Made by a program: the position numbers and the translations under genes
Shown: in pieces, positions 34,301-56,584 of the stretch
How the letters are laid out: the number at the start of each line of letters is the position of its first letter
Position numbering within the stretch: the stretch's first letter is position 1
The notes under the pieces: model-generated
What the model saw: the letters and a program-made list of their open reading frames with translations, nothing else
Database searches by the model: none
Told to the model about the DNA's origin: nothing
Assembly (NCBI GenBank): GCA_024704765.1
Contig: JAKMXF010000356.1
Coordinates: 94,076-158,075 of the forward strand
Direction of reading: 5' to 3'
DNA from: Oopsacas minuta
Lineage: Eukaryota; Animalia; Porifera
Length of the DNA stretch: 64,000 nucleotides

Positions 34301-36362
34301 GAAGGCTTGAGCTGCCCCGGCGGCTATCCTCTGTTCAGATTCTGAGGCCAGCTGTAGACACATGGCAGAGGCCTGTCCCTGTCTAAGTAGTTTAAAGAAT
34401 GCAGATATCTCCTCGCTGTCAGGAGAGAACTTAGCTAAGAGGTCTCTCAGCTGTTCCATGGGGCGGAGTACATATAGTTTATATATCTAAAGGGTATATC
34501 CATATATTAATACCTTATGAATAGTTACAGTATCCATGGGTACCTCGTTAGCTGTTAGTATTATTATCTCTCTGTTAGGAGACAAATGCTGACTGCTACA
34601 AACTGGAACTATATCTGGATTAGTTCCGGTTATAGGTACAGTTTCAGATTCAGATATCCCCCATACACTACAGGGGAGTCTTATGACGTGCCTAGTTTCC
34701 ATCATGGTGGATTGAAATGGAAATAAATCCTGACTCATAATCCAAACAGAATCAGTACTCTCTCCAGTGTTTACACTCATGAGGAACACGGAGGAGGAAA
34801 TAAGGGGGAGATATGATCCGCTCACTGATCTAGAGAGCATATATAATTAAATTAGATAGGTGTTAAGGGGTACAATATGTACCTGGGGGGTCTGGTAGAG
34901 GAGGAAGCAGCTGAGAATCCGGGCGGGAGTCTGACATGAACTAGAGCCAGGAGAGAGGGACGAGCAAGAATTCCGTTAGGTGTTGTAGTGAAGTATAATC
35001 TTACTCCTATTAATAACACAAATAATAATAATAAAACAAGTAAACAACAACAAATATTTACCTGATTTAGTAACAGCTATAAGATGTAGATTAGTAGATG
35101 AGGTCTTACTCAGGGTGTGAATTGATACAATTGGTCTAAACAGCCCTTTGTCACTCGTGAGGGCAGCTCCACAACATATTTGAGTAATGCTGTCTAGAGT
35201 TAGTGACGTCACGCGGGACATAATGTTACCCTCTGCTCCCATGTCATAGACAGATATTGTACCAGCTGAATAATAACCAATAGAATTACAGGGTTATAAG
35301 GCGTGAAAATATGATTAACTTACAAACACTGAGGGTGTAAAGATGGTGTCTAGAGGTGTCAAGAGATATCTCCTTGATGGGGTCCTCCTCTCCAAAGGAC
35401 AGGAAGGAGGGGAGCAGATAGGACACGAAAGAGGAACTGTGATTAACCTTCTTACATCTACCACCAAACCAGTCCTCCTATAGACAGGAATAACTTATAG
35501 TTTCAGTTCCATATTAATCTATCTATAAACTACTACCTTAGCTTTGTATAAGAATTCATAAAGACATCCGTCCTTCCCCCCAAAGAACACCCTCCTACAG
35601 GGGTGAAGGCTACCGTTGGGTACTACTGTGAGTGACACCCCATCAGTGGTGAGACAGAACAAAGGTTCAGGGTGCAGGAGGAGCTCCACCCCATGATCTG
35701 ACCCGTCAAATGAGACCCCTAAGGCTACAATGTTACTGGGTGTTGTTAGGAAGAGGAGGTATTGTATGTGACTCCTGAGTACACCAGGGATAGGGAGGTA
35801 GAGGGATACAGAGAGGATAACCTGTAAACAAACAAATAAACAAGATTTGTTTGATTAATATTATTTTGGATTCAGTCTCAGTGACGTAATAGAAACTGCA
35901 ACTAACTTCCTGTAGGCCGTCATAGTAAGCTAGATCAGAGGTGTCGCTATAGTTCCACAAGTATACTCTGTGATCCACAGTAATCCATATTCTGTTAATC
36001 TCAGGAAATACACCAGTCATACAGTTAAACTGAGTCTACATCATAGCAACCATCAAATATGTGGATTTTAAACATAGCAACTGGTATGTATGTATGGAAT
36101 GTACCTGATCTAATTGCTGTAACAGTTCCTGAGGAAAGCTCTGTTTCCTGAGAGATGATATGTGAGAGAGACCAGCAAGTGAGAAGTCAGCTGATTCGAG
36201 AGGAGGGTAGTCATGCTGCTCCATGCCGGATAATGTACAGGTGTCATGTGACGTCACACGGAGATGTGTAGCTAGATCAGGATTAGTATCATCAGACCGT
36301 ATGTACTCAGAGAGGAGAGAGCACCCTCTCTGGATCAACTGATCCCTATCTGTATCACTCAT
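31302..36362 (-). CDS. NUP155: Nuclear pore complex protein Nup155, multi-exon
   Basis: [48 protein letters not shown] and [16 protein letters not shown]. Confidence 0.92.
32718..32880. mobile_element. MITE-like repeat, family C, copy 2 in a Nup155 intron
   Basis: High similarity to 26625-26788. Confidence 0.7.
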
Positions 36363-36537
36363 ATATTCTATGCATACCAATGGGAGTATGTCGTTGTCAT
36401 GTTGTATAGGTTATTAATAACATAGCAACGGAAGGAATGTGATATAATTATAATTAGTAAAGACATTATAATAATCTAAGAGGCTCTACCGTATTTCTAG
36501 CAATATTTATGAACCAATAATCACTTGAATAGCTCCC

Positions 36538-38241
36538 TCAATATCTCACTGGCTGACCAGATCTCTGCCCATCCCTCTTCCTCACAGGGGGTACAGATCT
36601 GGAGTTGCTGGGCTTGCTACCAGATGACCCCTTCTTCTCTGCACGGATGCTGCTCCCTTGGATATTGAAAGTTTTTTTATCTATGACCTGGTTAACCTGA
36701 TCCTCTGATGAGAACCCAACAAATCCATAACCGTTAGGATGTATTTTAACATCTGTAACGATACCATAGGGTCTAAAGCATTCCAGCAGATCCTCACTGC
36801 GACATTCTTTAGGGAGACCTCCTACAAATATCTGGAATTGCTCCCTCGGGCCTCTATTATCCATCTCAGAACTAGCTTTAGGTCTATACTGCCCCATGGG
36901 GGGTCCTCCTGATCTTGTGTCTCGCCCAGCAACGGCACTGGGAGCCTGGAATGCAGGCTTCTTCTTAGTCACATAATTCCTCCTATAAAACCAGTAATTG
37001 ATTGGTTGAATAAATGAATAAATGTATATATCTACTTACGCGGTAGTGAACCTTGGTTCTGACACCTTATTAACACCAGGGGGTACATGTTTGGAGGATA
37101 TGGAGGCGTAACTCATGTTCCTCTGTCCCTCCGAGGGGTCTCTCACCTGATGATCGGGGACTGTGAGCGGTTCATGTTGATCAGGCTCAATGTCTAACAG
37201 AATAGTTATTTAGTGTATATATGCTATTTGTTTGTTTGTTTGTTGTTTGTTTGTTTACCTTCATCTGGATTTACAGCTGTCTGCTCAACAACAACACCAG
37301 AGATCTCTCCTGTCCCATCTGGATACTCCACTGGACCTACAAGCAATAAGCTGAATTCCATTAGAGTATTTCGGTTGCTAGGGTATAACTACCATTTTGA
37401 GTCTCGCATATTTCGTCTGCATCCATTGACCAATCATTAATCAGCTCTGTGTCTGGTAGATTCATTGGTTGACTACCAGCAGGGACGGATGGAATGTCAG
37501 GTTTATTATCATCCTGCTCTGTGATTGGCTGAGTAGGTAGTGACACCTCTTGAGAGGGCAGGTCTCCATTCTGAGGGGACTGTACCTCTATCTGCTCATC
37601 AGCTGGATAAGTATTCTAAGAAGCATACCAGTCAAACACAATTGTAACTAGGGATCTTAAACTAACCTCTGGGGGTTCATCAAATAACTCTCCGTCTTCT
37701 TGGTAACGGAATATGTCAGCAACTATGCTATACTTCTTCGGACCATCTTGTGAGAGCACAAAGCTCTGAACGAACGCACGCATGGGACTGCCTCTAGTAG
37801 ACAGTTCTCCTGTCACCTAAATAACACATGAGTAATCATAGCAACATAGATGTATGTTAGGAATGTGTACCTGAATGAGGATACCATTGCCACCAGAGGG
37901 GAGGGCGTCTACCTGCTTGATAGAGGCGTGAACGTCCGAGAACCCGAGGGAGTCTACCTTCTCTTGGATTTCCTTCTGTCCAAGGGCAGGAGAGCACTTA
38001 CCCACCTCATTACTCCCGTGTATATACGCGCTCTGAGAGATGTAGAATCTAAAAGGTGTTAAATAGGTATAGTTCTATATTATAGTTCCATAACCTACCT
38101 GTGTAACTGTGAGGAGTCTGTGTGTAGCATGGTGTAGTACTGCTTAACGAAGTTTAGTGCTACTTTACAGGAATGCTCGTAAACAGCACTCATATCTGTA
38201 GAGGAGGAGGAGGAGGAGGAGTACACTGTATGGTCAGACAT
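36538..38241 (-). CDS. G3BP: G3BP/Rasputin-like stress-granule protein (NTF2-like domain plus RRM), multi-exon
   Basis: NFVKQYYTMLH, GQKEI..KV.SLGF, VTGELS..MR.FVQSFVL, DIFRYQED; RRM QIFVGGLP...GYGFVGF. Confidence 0.88.
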
Positions 38242-38558
38242 GAATTAAACAGCTGAGTACATCATAGCAGCTAACTAGTCAGTAGGAATGTGGAATAATA
38301 AGTTAGTTCTATAATAGACTATATTAGGTGGAATTAACACCTTACAGAGTGATAGTACCTCCTTATAAGGTAATGTGAATAAGATAAATAAGATATTTTT
38401 GTTGATAATAATGTGTTAAAAGTAATGTAAAGATAAATAATGAATTCTATAACTAATAAATAAACAGAAATAAATGAGTAATAGAGTAACACAAATAAAA
38501 GTTGTTTATAAGTTATAACCTAAATAACAACAACAAACAGCTGTAACAGTTGAATATT

Positions 38559-40181
38559 CTAAATAACAGCTGATACGAGTAGTCCTATCTCAGCTGGCTT
38601 TATAGGATAACACTTAAGGTCAGCTTCCTTTCTGTCAGGCTCCTTAATAAGAAATGGTACGTAAGGGTGTGAAGTTGCTAACAGTGAGTATAACTCAGTC
38701 AGCTGATCAGTTGTGACGTAATAGTAGTTTATAGGAGCAGAGAATCCATTAAAGTCTGATCTACTAGCACGCGTATATGCACCCATTTGTTCAAAGAATA
38801 ACCAATCACCTACTGACAACACAGGCAACTGTATTTCCTTCAGGATCTGGTCCAATCCGTCACAAGATGGTCCCCACAGGGAGCTCCTAAATATGCATAT
38901 AGTAAATGTGGAACTGATAACAGAGCTTCGAGTCAGTAAGTGTGATAATATGATAAACCTATGAAGGTGCTAATATGTGGACCTATCAGATTTGAGGATT
39001 ACCCAGTACTATATGTGTATATTAAAATTAACACCTATCTGAGGTCTAAATATATTATTTAATATAATTACCTGAGTACAGGAGATACAGCTGTCTTACT
39101 ATCCATGAGTTGAGGTTGCGGCTGCTGGTGATCAAACATAATACAATTGAAAGCACCATAAACCCCCTCATTCACGTAATACATTATATTTGTATTATTA
39201 TTGTTATCATCAGGAGTACACTCTCTAGATGACGTCACACTAACTGAGAGGATATGAGAACTACCCGCGAAGAACCGTCCAGGCTCTGCAATAACCTGGA
39301 TACCAGCCCAGTCGGAAAAATGTGTAGCTATAGAGGTGTTGATTACGTTAGAGATGGATTGTAGGAATGTGAGAGAGGGAGATGGGTCTAGTCCTGGGCA
39401 AGAAGGGAATCCTCCTCCTATGTCCAAGAGGGTGAATCTGTAACCGTAATTTAGACCTGAGTCAAATACCTTCCTAGCGTCACGTATAGCGGTCCTGAAG
39501 ACCTCTGCATCCATACATCCGCTACCCACATGAAATGATACGCCTACTACTCTGAGACCCAGCTGACTAGCCAGCTGTAATAGTTCTGGTATTGAGGAAA
39601 GAGGACACCCGAACTTATTGGACAACTTACAGAGGGCAGAGGAATCATCCACCTGTATCCTGAGGACTAGACAGCTGTCTGGATGATATTTAGAGTGTTT
39701 GTAGAGTTCACAGGTATTATCAAAGGTAGCAAGATTGACACCTGTAATGAAATGTGTAAACAACAATAAACACAAACAATAACAACAAACCTCTTGATTT
39801 AGCATACTGTATATGAGACAGCTGTTTACACGGATTAGCATAAATAATTGAATCAGTAGAGGACAGATTAGAGGAGCTAAGCACCCCAAGGACAGTCCTG
39901 ATCTCTCCCTTAGAGGCACAATCAAACCCAACCCCCAATCTAGCCAGTACAGACAGCATCAAGGTGTCAGGATTACATTTAACCGCATAGAAAGGCCTGA
40001 TGGAAGGGAACAGCTGTTTCCATAGCTTTACCAGCTGGGGGAGAATTCCAAGATTAATAGCAAAGAAAGGATCGTCATTTGGCGCGTGACGCGTGGTGAG
40101 AAGATGGGAGAGGATCTCCCGAGGAGGAGACCTCTCCAGGATGGAATAAATAGAATTTCCTTCGTACAGGAAGTTTGTCAT
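38559..40181 (-). CDS. ODC1: Ornithine decarboxylase, multi-exon, catalytic residues intact
   Basis: PFYAVKCN (PLP lysine), GFDCAS, YANPCK, VSFHVGSG, LDIGGGF, EPGRF and WGPSCDG (catalytic Cys). Confidence 0.93.
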
Positions 40182-40338
40182 AAGGTGTGAAAATGTAATA
40201 AATGTATACAGGTATGTTAGGATCCCACTCAGGTTCTTTATTAACGTCAGGAAATGTGCATATACCTCCTGGCTCTATCAGAAATTTACGGACCTCTGAA
40301 ACGAGGCTAATTTTGTGACGTTTTCTTTTACGAAGAAT
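40075..40338 (-). promoter_or_regulatory. Putative AUU-initiated regulatory uORF (uCC-like) overlapping the ODC start out of frame
   Basis: caaaATTctt start context. Open 87 codons: ILRKRKRHKISL...EPGG...DVNKEPEWDPN..., stop at 40075-40077. Confidence 0.7.
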
Positions 40339-40867
40339 TTTGTACGGTTAAGCTACGTCCAAAGTTATTGGGCATTAACTGAGTGTTTGAAGGGCGCTAA
40401 AGGAATATGTATATAAAGGGTACACGAGGGTTATATTATACGGAGGTGAGGGGACAGATATGGTGGCTAATGTGACACCAGAGGAACAAGCAACAAAATG
40501 TTACATAAATATATTGAGAGCATAGAGTTGGTTCATTAAATAAGTAAACAAATAAACAAACAAACCTTGAGAGTAGCTTGTAGCTGTTAGAGATAAATAT
40601 AAACAAACAGATTATACAAATCTAGTAAACAAGTTCTAATATACAAAATAATGAAATATTGATAAACAATAATCTTATGTACATACACGTACTTCCCATG
40701 CTGTATCAAATATCAGCCTATATCACAGCAACGATATGGTAGTATGGAATGTTACGCCATGGCTGGCATAATGTGTTAGTTTCAATTATAAATCTTATAA
40801 ATGAATCTGAATTCTAAAAATAGTAACATGTATAAATAATAAAAAGAAATAAGAAAAATTAGAAATG

Positions 40868-49585
<8,718 letters not shown>

Positions 49586-49907
49586 TACAAGTGTTTGGGT
49601 TGCTAATAAACTATCTGATAAATAAACAAGTAAACAAACAAACTATATTGTATTATTACAAGAATTAAGATAAAACCTTGAGCAATAATTCCTTGCTATT
49701 AGGCGAAACTACTGCAAGATACAAATGGTGTTATGATAGCAAATAAACAAATAAACAATATTCACTGATGTCAGCTGATTGTCACAGTATATAAGTACCG
49801 CTTGTACCCTAGTTCTCCATGGTTGAGACCCGTAACCAATATTTAAGACAATCAAGAAATATGATATACAATACTTATATGCATGTATTAAGATATTAGA
49901 TTTCTAA

Positions 49908-52900
49908 ATGAAGTCTGGATTGATATTTGTATTTGTTTGTTTGTTTGTTTACTATTCTGTAGGATCAGCTGAGCTAAGTATAAGTGTTACATATACATCT
50001 AAAGGAGGGGAAGATATTAGCTATGTCCTACAGGATGGAGAGGCAGAGGACATAGAGGTGTTAATAGATTATATTGTTTGATATTTACATATTATTAACG
50101 AATATTTCCATAGTTCGGTACAGATAATATAATCCTAACTTGCAATAATGGAATATTCAACCAATCAAATATCAATTTCAAATCTGAAACAGTTCCCTAC
50201 AGACTGATTAACCAATCAGAATACTTGATTCAGGTGTTATTTGTTAATATTGGTGGATTTATGAAAGGTCTATATTGTCAAAATTCAAACAACAGTATCC
50301 AGGCAACCTTACAGTACAAAGGTATGTAGATTTTGAATAATTTCACACCTTTTGTATTGTTATTGTTGTTTGTTTGTAGGATTTGGATTGGTGATTGCAG
50401 CAAATATACCAAATGGGTTTAACTATTCGGGACTATCACCTGGGGGAGCTGTGGAAATTGTCCAAGATAAATCACCGTTTATAGCTTGTCTATCAGCTGG
50501 AGTAATGGTCCACTATAATCCAAGTCGGTTGCTATATAATGGAGCTGAGCTTACCATGTATCCAAGTCTAAAATCAATAGAGAACATTACCAAACCTTCT
50601 GTGATACGTAGCAGTAATGGATTACAGCTGAGAGCTAGGAACTTCAATAGTACATATGCTGGAGAATATGTTTGTGTTACAGTAGATGAAAATAATAATC
50701 CAGTCAATATATCATTCACACTATACACAGGAAGTATGTTACTATAAATAGCTACAACTCCGTTCTATACACGGATACAATACCCGCTTATACCAATGTG
50801 TAAAATTGTACAAATATGGCCAAAGTAACAAATATTCCATCGGCTATATCTAAGGAATTACAGCGGCCTCTTGAGCTCAGAAATAGCGGAAATCAGCTGT
50901 AATTATTTTGGTATTTATTATTCTATTATAGGTATAGACCCCTGCTCCCTAACAACCTGTCCTGATTACTCGGAATGTAATTCTACTAGTTTAGCAAACA
51001 TCTGTGTATGTAACTACACATTCCTAGAGTACTATAGCGGGAAGTGTCAATGTCCTCTGGGGTATATGCTCAATGGTACCAATACTCCCGTGAACTGTAT
51101 TGACACTAATGAATGCGAGGGGTCAGCTGTTTGTTCAGAGAATAGCAGCTGTATCAATAATGTAGGAAGTTATGAATGTGTATGTTTATCTAACTTTACA
51201 TACGTGGAAGATAGATGTATACATTTATGTGACGAGTTAGAATGCTATCTGCATAGCAACCGAGAATGTCAATGGAATGGTACTAATCAAACATTTACTT
51301 GTGAATGCTCAGAAGGTAAGTAAGTATTTGAATTATTGTGTCATATGGTTTAACACCTGTTTAATAGGGTATGTCCCAGGTACTAATTCACCGAATTGTG
51401 TGTTGGTAACTACACCAACACCAACACCAACACCAACACCAACACCAACACCGACACCAACACCAACACCAACACCAACACCAACACCAACACCAACACC
51501 AACACCAACACCAACACCAACACCAACACCAACACCAACACCAACACCAACACCAGTAGCATCAACACAGCCACCAATTAGAACAATTTCTACACAGCTG
51601 CAAGAGGAGATAGATGACTTGTTAATTAAGGTGAATTAACTGCCTCGAAATATATGTATATTTGTTGTTGTTTATTTGTTTGTTTATTAGAATGAACCTT
51701 TGAGTAGCACAGAAGCAGATACAGTAATATCTAATCTAGCTCTTAGTATTAACATCACTGCAGAACCTAATGCTAGTAATTACGCTATAGCAGCTGATCA
51801 GATTAGCACCTTAACAAATTTATTAATAAATATTACTAAAGAACAATTAGACGTTAGTCCTTCCTTAAAATTATTTGTATTAAATCTGTTTGTTATTGTT
51901 ATTGTTTACTTTAGGATGTGATTTATCTCATAAGCTCTATAGTTGATCTTACAATACTAAATGACATAAATAATGTAAGTACATAATAAACTAACACCTG
52001 TATATGTTATTGTTATTGTTATTGTTATTATTATTATATTTAGGATATCTCAACAAGTGTTGACGAATTTGTAGGAGACATAATATCAGCTGTAGAGAAT
52101 ATAGCACAACTTCTAGCACCTCTGTACTCAGATAGTGAAAATGGGACAGTAATAGAAAATGATAATATTTGTAAGATAATTAAACTCTCATATTTATAAA
52201 TTATTAACACCTTAATAATTCAATCTTAAGGTGTCAATAAATCATATGAATAATTATATGATATATAAGTTAGTTTCAGTTCCTGTTTATTATAGATCTT
52301 GAAGTTAAACCTTTAACTTTGGAAGAAGTGGGTTTTGATGGAAATACAACTATTTTCTCTTTGAGATCACTTTTTGGAAATAACTTTACTTGCAAATACG
52401 ACAATGACTGTCCTGAAAATATAAGTAAGTAAATATTATCGAATAAACAATAATTGTGTATGCAGAGGTGTGAAAATATGAATCTATAGCTGGGTGTATG
52501 ACTATCGGTGTGTCTATACGGTTAAAGAATGTAAACACATTCCTGAACTCAACTGCCCCAGTATTTGACTCCTGGTTCTGGTGAGTACAGGTTTGATTGT
52601 TTGAAAATATATAAACAAATTTGTTGTTATTTATCTTCATAGCTCAGATATAGAAGAAATGGTTCTTAATGTGTCAGGAATTATGCAAATGGCAAATACT
52701 GAATTGTTTAGTTTCAATCTAGCAAGTTTGTTATGCAATATTGACACTTCAAATCTATCAGAACCAATCATATTTAACTTCCCAATACAGGTGCTACAAT
52801 ATATATATATAGTAGACTACGTTAATCGGGTCCCGATGTGACACTATTAATTTGTTACAGGACACATCTCTGACAGATCCCAATTGTGTCTCACTATCTC

Positions 52901-54832
52901 AGAATAGTGGCATAGATTATGATCAATCCACCTGTGAGAAGGTAGAGTCTACTAGTGATGACGTCATTACATGTTCCTGTAATCATCTGACGTCATTTGC
53001 AATACTCATGAGTCCTGACACCAGATACCAGGTTACATTCTTAAGCTACATAATGGTAGTTATGCAGGAATGTATATATCCATATTCTGTTCTATTTTTA
53101 GTACTCTAATGAGATGGCTATATTCACATATGTAGGGTTAAGTGTATCTATTCTGAGTCTAATTATAGCTCTCCTTATATTCACATTTGTTAGGTATGTT
53201 ATTTGTTTGTTTGTTTGTTTGTTTGTTTGTTTGTATATTTGTTTGTTGTTTAGATTTAAGGTATCAATATCAATATTCTTCGTACATTACAACTTAATGC
53301 TTACAGTTCTGATTTCAGAAATTGTGTTTATTATTGGAATTGACAGATCAGAAATTCCTGTAAGATAAGTACAATTAATTTATACCAAATGCCATATTAC
53401 CAAATCTGTTGCTAGGAACTGTGTCTGATAATAGCAATGCTGCTACACTACATTCTATTGGTCAGTTTCAGCTGGATGTTCTTTGAGATTTTTAATTTGT
53501 TAATTCTCATTTTCAAACCAAGAATTTCTCAAAAGAAAATCATTCATTTATACTGGCCCTTGGCTTATGGTGAGTTCTTGTTCTTTATTATTATTATTAT
53601 TATTATTATTATTGTTGTTGTCTAGGTCTACCTCTGATAGTTGTTGCTGCCACTACAGGCATATCTCGCTGTAACTATGGTAACTATAAAGGAATTAGCT
53701 ATCCTGATACGCCCATGAGGTAACACTTATTTGTTAATGTTTGATTATAGCTCATTTATATTTTGTTTTACATTCCAGCACTAATTGCTGGTTGCCAAGG
53801 AGAGGTGCAACTTATTGGGCATTCATTGGTCCATGTCTCTTCATTATTTTGGTAAGTTAACACCTTTAATAAATATGAATAATTATTAAATTCTTGAATC
53901 TGATAGGTCAATTCAATTCTGTTTTTTGTGCTCGTCATCAAGCTTATTCAAATAAAATGGGCGGCTAAATCATACCGCGCCTCTTCACTGCACAAATCAA
54001 AAACTCACACCTTAGCTGAAGGATTCGTGTATGTTAAATAATCATATTTTGACACCTTTATATTCACACAATATTCGTATTTGTAGATCTGCTATTAGAG
54101 CTTCTGTAATTTTGCTACCAATTATGGGATTCACTTGGATATTTGGAGTGTTTGCTATTAACTCAGAAGAATCCATTTCTTTGATATTTCAATGGCTATT
54201 CCTAGTGTTCAATTGTTTACAGGTAACAACAACAACAACAACAACAACAACGGAGGGTCATATATGTTCTTATTAAGGAGGTTCCTCCTCTGTTATGACT
54301 TGATTTCTTTTCTTTAGGGATTTTTCATTTTCTTATTTTACTGTGTATTCAAGACTGAAGTAAGTTTATTAATAAACACATTAACCATATGTCAGTTATA
54401 AGAACAGCCCTAGGAGTCTTATAACCAGTATCCACTGTACTAACATTTCTCCCTAACAACCAGGGGTGATATAGGAATGTATTCTTAGGTAAGAGATGCA
54501 GCTTTGTTGATTATTTTAAGGAAAGTATTCAGACGAGAAATCCGATTGGCTGAGGGAGAAACTTTGTTTTCTACAATTCCAAGGAAGTTAAGCATAGCTA
54601 ATGAGGTTAGTCAGCCAATCAAAATATAGACTTTATACATTATGTTTGTTGTTGTTTATTTGAGTATTAATGTAAATATTTATTTTAGAAAAGTAGTCAT
54701 AAAAAATCTTCTTTCTCTCTGGAGTCCCCGACTAAGCAATACAGGCAAAGCATACAATTAATAGCAGTTAAGGAGAAATCTTTTGATGAAACTTTTTCCA
54801 ATTCTTTGGACAATTCTAATCAGAATTTATAG
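49908..54832 (+). CDS. Adhesion GPCR: signal peptide, Ig-like domains, EGF repeats, Thr-Pro stalk, GAIN/GPS, 7TM
   Basis: Ig GEYVC; cb[24 protein letters not shown]; GPS C..C..TCSCNHL|TSFAILM; seven hydrophobic segments ending [15 protein letters not shown]. Confidence 0.9.
50746..50900. mobile_element. pogo/Tigger-like MITE, family A, in aGPCR intron
   Basis: Same core as 1807-1972, same orientation. Confidence 0.55.
51412..51555 (+). repeat. Coding hexanucleotide repeat (ACACCA)24 encoding (TP)24
   Basis: Directly visible; one CCG variant. Confidence 0.97.
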
Positions 54833-56584
54833 ATGTTACTAATTTTAGATTTTATGTAAATAGGAGGATTGTTATTATTTGTATTTTTATGCAAATTATG
54901 TTTTTCAGTTTGTAAATAATCCTATTTGTATTTGTATTTGTTTTTGTCATAAATATAATTGAATTAGTGATCATATTTGAGATATCACGACAGAACAAAG
55001 CGCGTAATTGATTGGTTAAATTAGAGATGGAGCACTCAGCTCCGAGCTAACCAATCAAATTAGATAATTATAGAAATTTATATTAATTATAACTTCGTTA
55101 AGAAATATCTTTAATAACTTAACAAGGATAATCCAATTAGAATATTTCTAGAAAATATGCGTTAGTATAATACACACCATCTGTGAGGGAGTGTATGGCT
55201 CAGGCATTCTTTACATAACAACATCTGCTTGCCGTATTATTGGTTAACCTTATAACAACATTGCAGATTGATAGGTATGTGTGATTTCAGCTAAAGGGGC
55301 ATATTAAACAAAATATTTACAAATGGTATGTGGTGACATACAAGTACGCCCACATTCCATGCATATCTATATGTTGTTATGGTGGGTGGGAGGGATATTA
55401 AATAATAATCACTCTGAAATGCTTATCGTGTTTTGTAACTAATTTTACATTTTGAATTAAATTAGATTTAGAAAGCAAATTTGAAATTTGAAATTGGAAG
55501 ATCCAATTTCATAAATCTGATTGGATAATTAGCTAATTATATTATCGTAGGAAATGTAATTTGTAGGAATTGAACAATAAACCAAAATATTTGTTGTTAT
55601 TTGTTACTTAACACCTCTTATAGTAGGTTGTATATTAAGAGAGAATCCGTTTCCTCCAACAAGTTATCTACCGGACTGGCGGCGTCTCCTTGATTTAACA
55701 AATAAGAATTATCACAGCATCTGTTTGTCGATATTACTTCCCTTTTAGAATCTAAAATTTGACTAATTAAATCCATTACCTTAATTTGGCGCCAACTACT
55801 CACCCACAACTTCCACTCTGGCCAATCAAATGCTGCGGTTCTCTATAATAATCAAAATTCCAATATCGGATTTGGTTGCGATGTACCACTAAGTTACAAA
55901 GATACCTGTAACTTCATAGAATGAATTGCAGCCAATCCAACACATAAATTCACAAGATTCCATCTGATTGGTGGATTATAAATCTGAATTAACGAATGAG
56001 ATTGCAGAGTTGAGGCTTACTGTCATATTTAAGATTACATCACATAATTTGTAGTTTCGCAAACACATTCTTATGACGTAATAAATATTTATGTTTACTT
56101 ACCATTACATCACAATAAATGGAAAGTAATACTATTACTCATTGGAGGCGATTTGGTCACAAAACATAATTTTGTAATTTTGGAAATTTCGGATTTACTG
56201 ATTTTATTGCTGCGCCATTTAGCATATTTATGGAATTATCATCTGGTGGTAACTATGCAGATTCTACAAATATTTGTTTTACTAAACACCTGTTGGAATT
56301 TGATAATCAGCTGGGATTAGAAATTGTAAATATTAAATGTAGTTACATTTCAAATAACAAACATTAATAGTATTCAAAACAAATATAAACAATAAACAGA
56401 GAGATATAAATAACAATATTTCCCTAGAGATATTCTATGGTGTCATATACACCACTTGTGCCACTTTTAAATAGAAACAATGCAAATAATAACAATACTA
56501 TTGTTTGTGAAAGTCTGTTTACAATTCACAGAACTATAAATACTACAGTGAACTCTATATGAACCAATCAGATCGCAGAGTTCA

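Noticed and set aside
38559-40181. Antizyme inhibitor (inactive ODC paralog) call
   Set aside because: The PLP-binding Lys (VKCN) and catalytic Cys (GPSCDG) are intact.
51396-51581. Poly-(NT) ORF
   Set aside because: Alternative frame of the (ACACCA)n repeat; the TP frame is continuous with the EGF and GAIN exons.
55618-55809. 63-aa ORF upstream of FoxG
   Set aside because: Short, motif-free, in AT-rich regulatory-like DNA.
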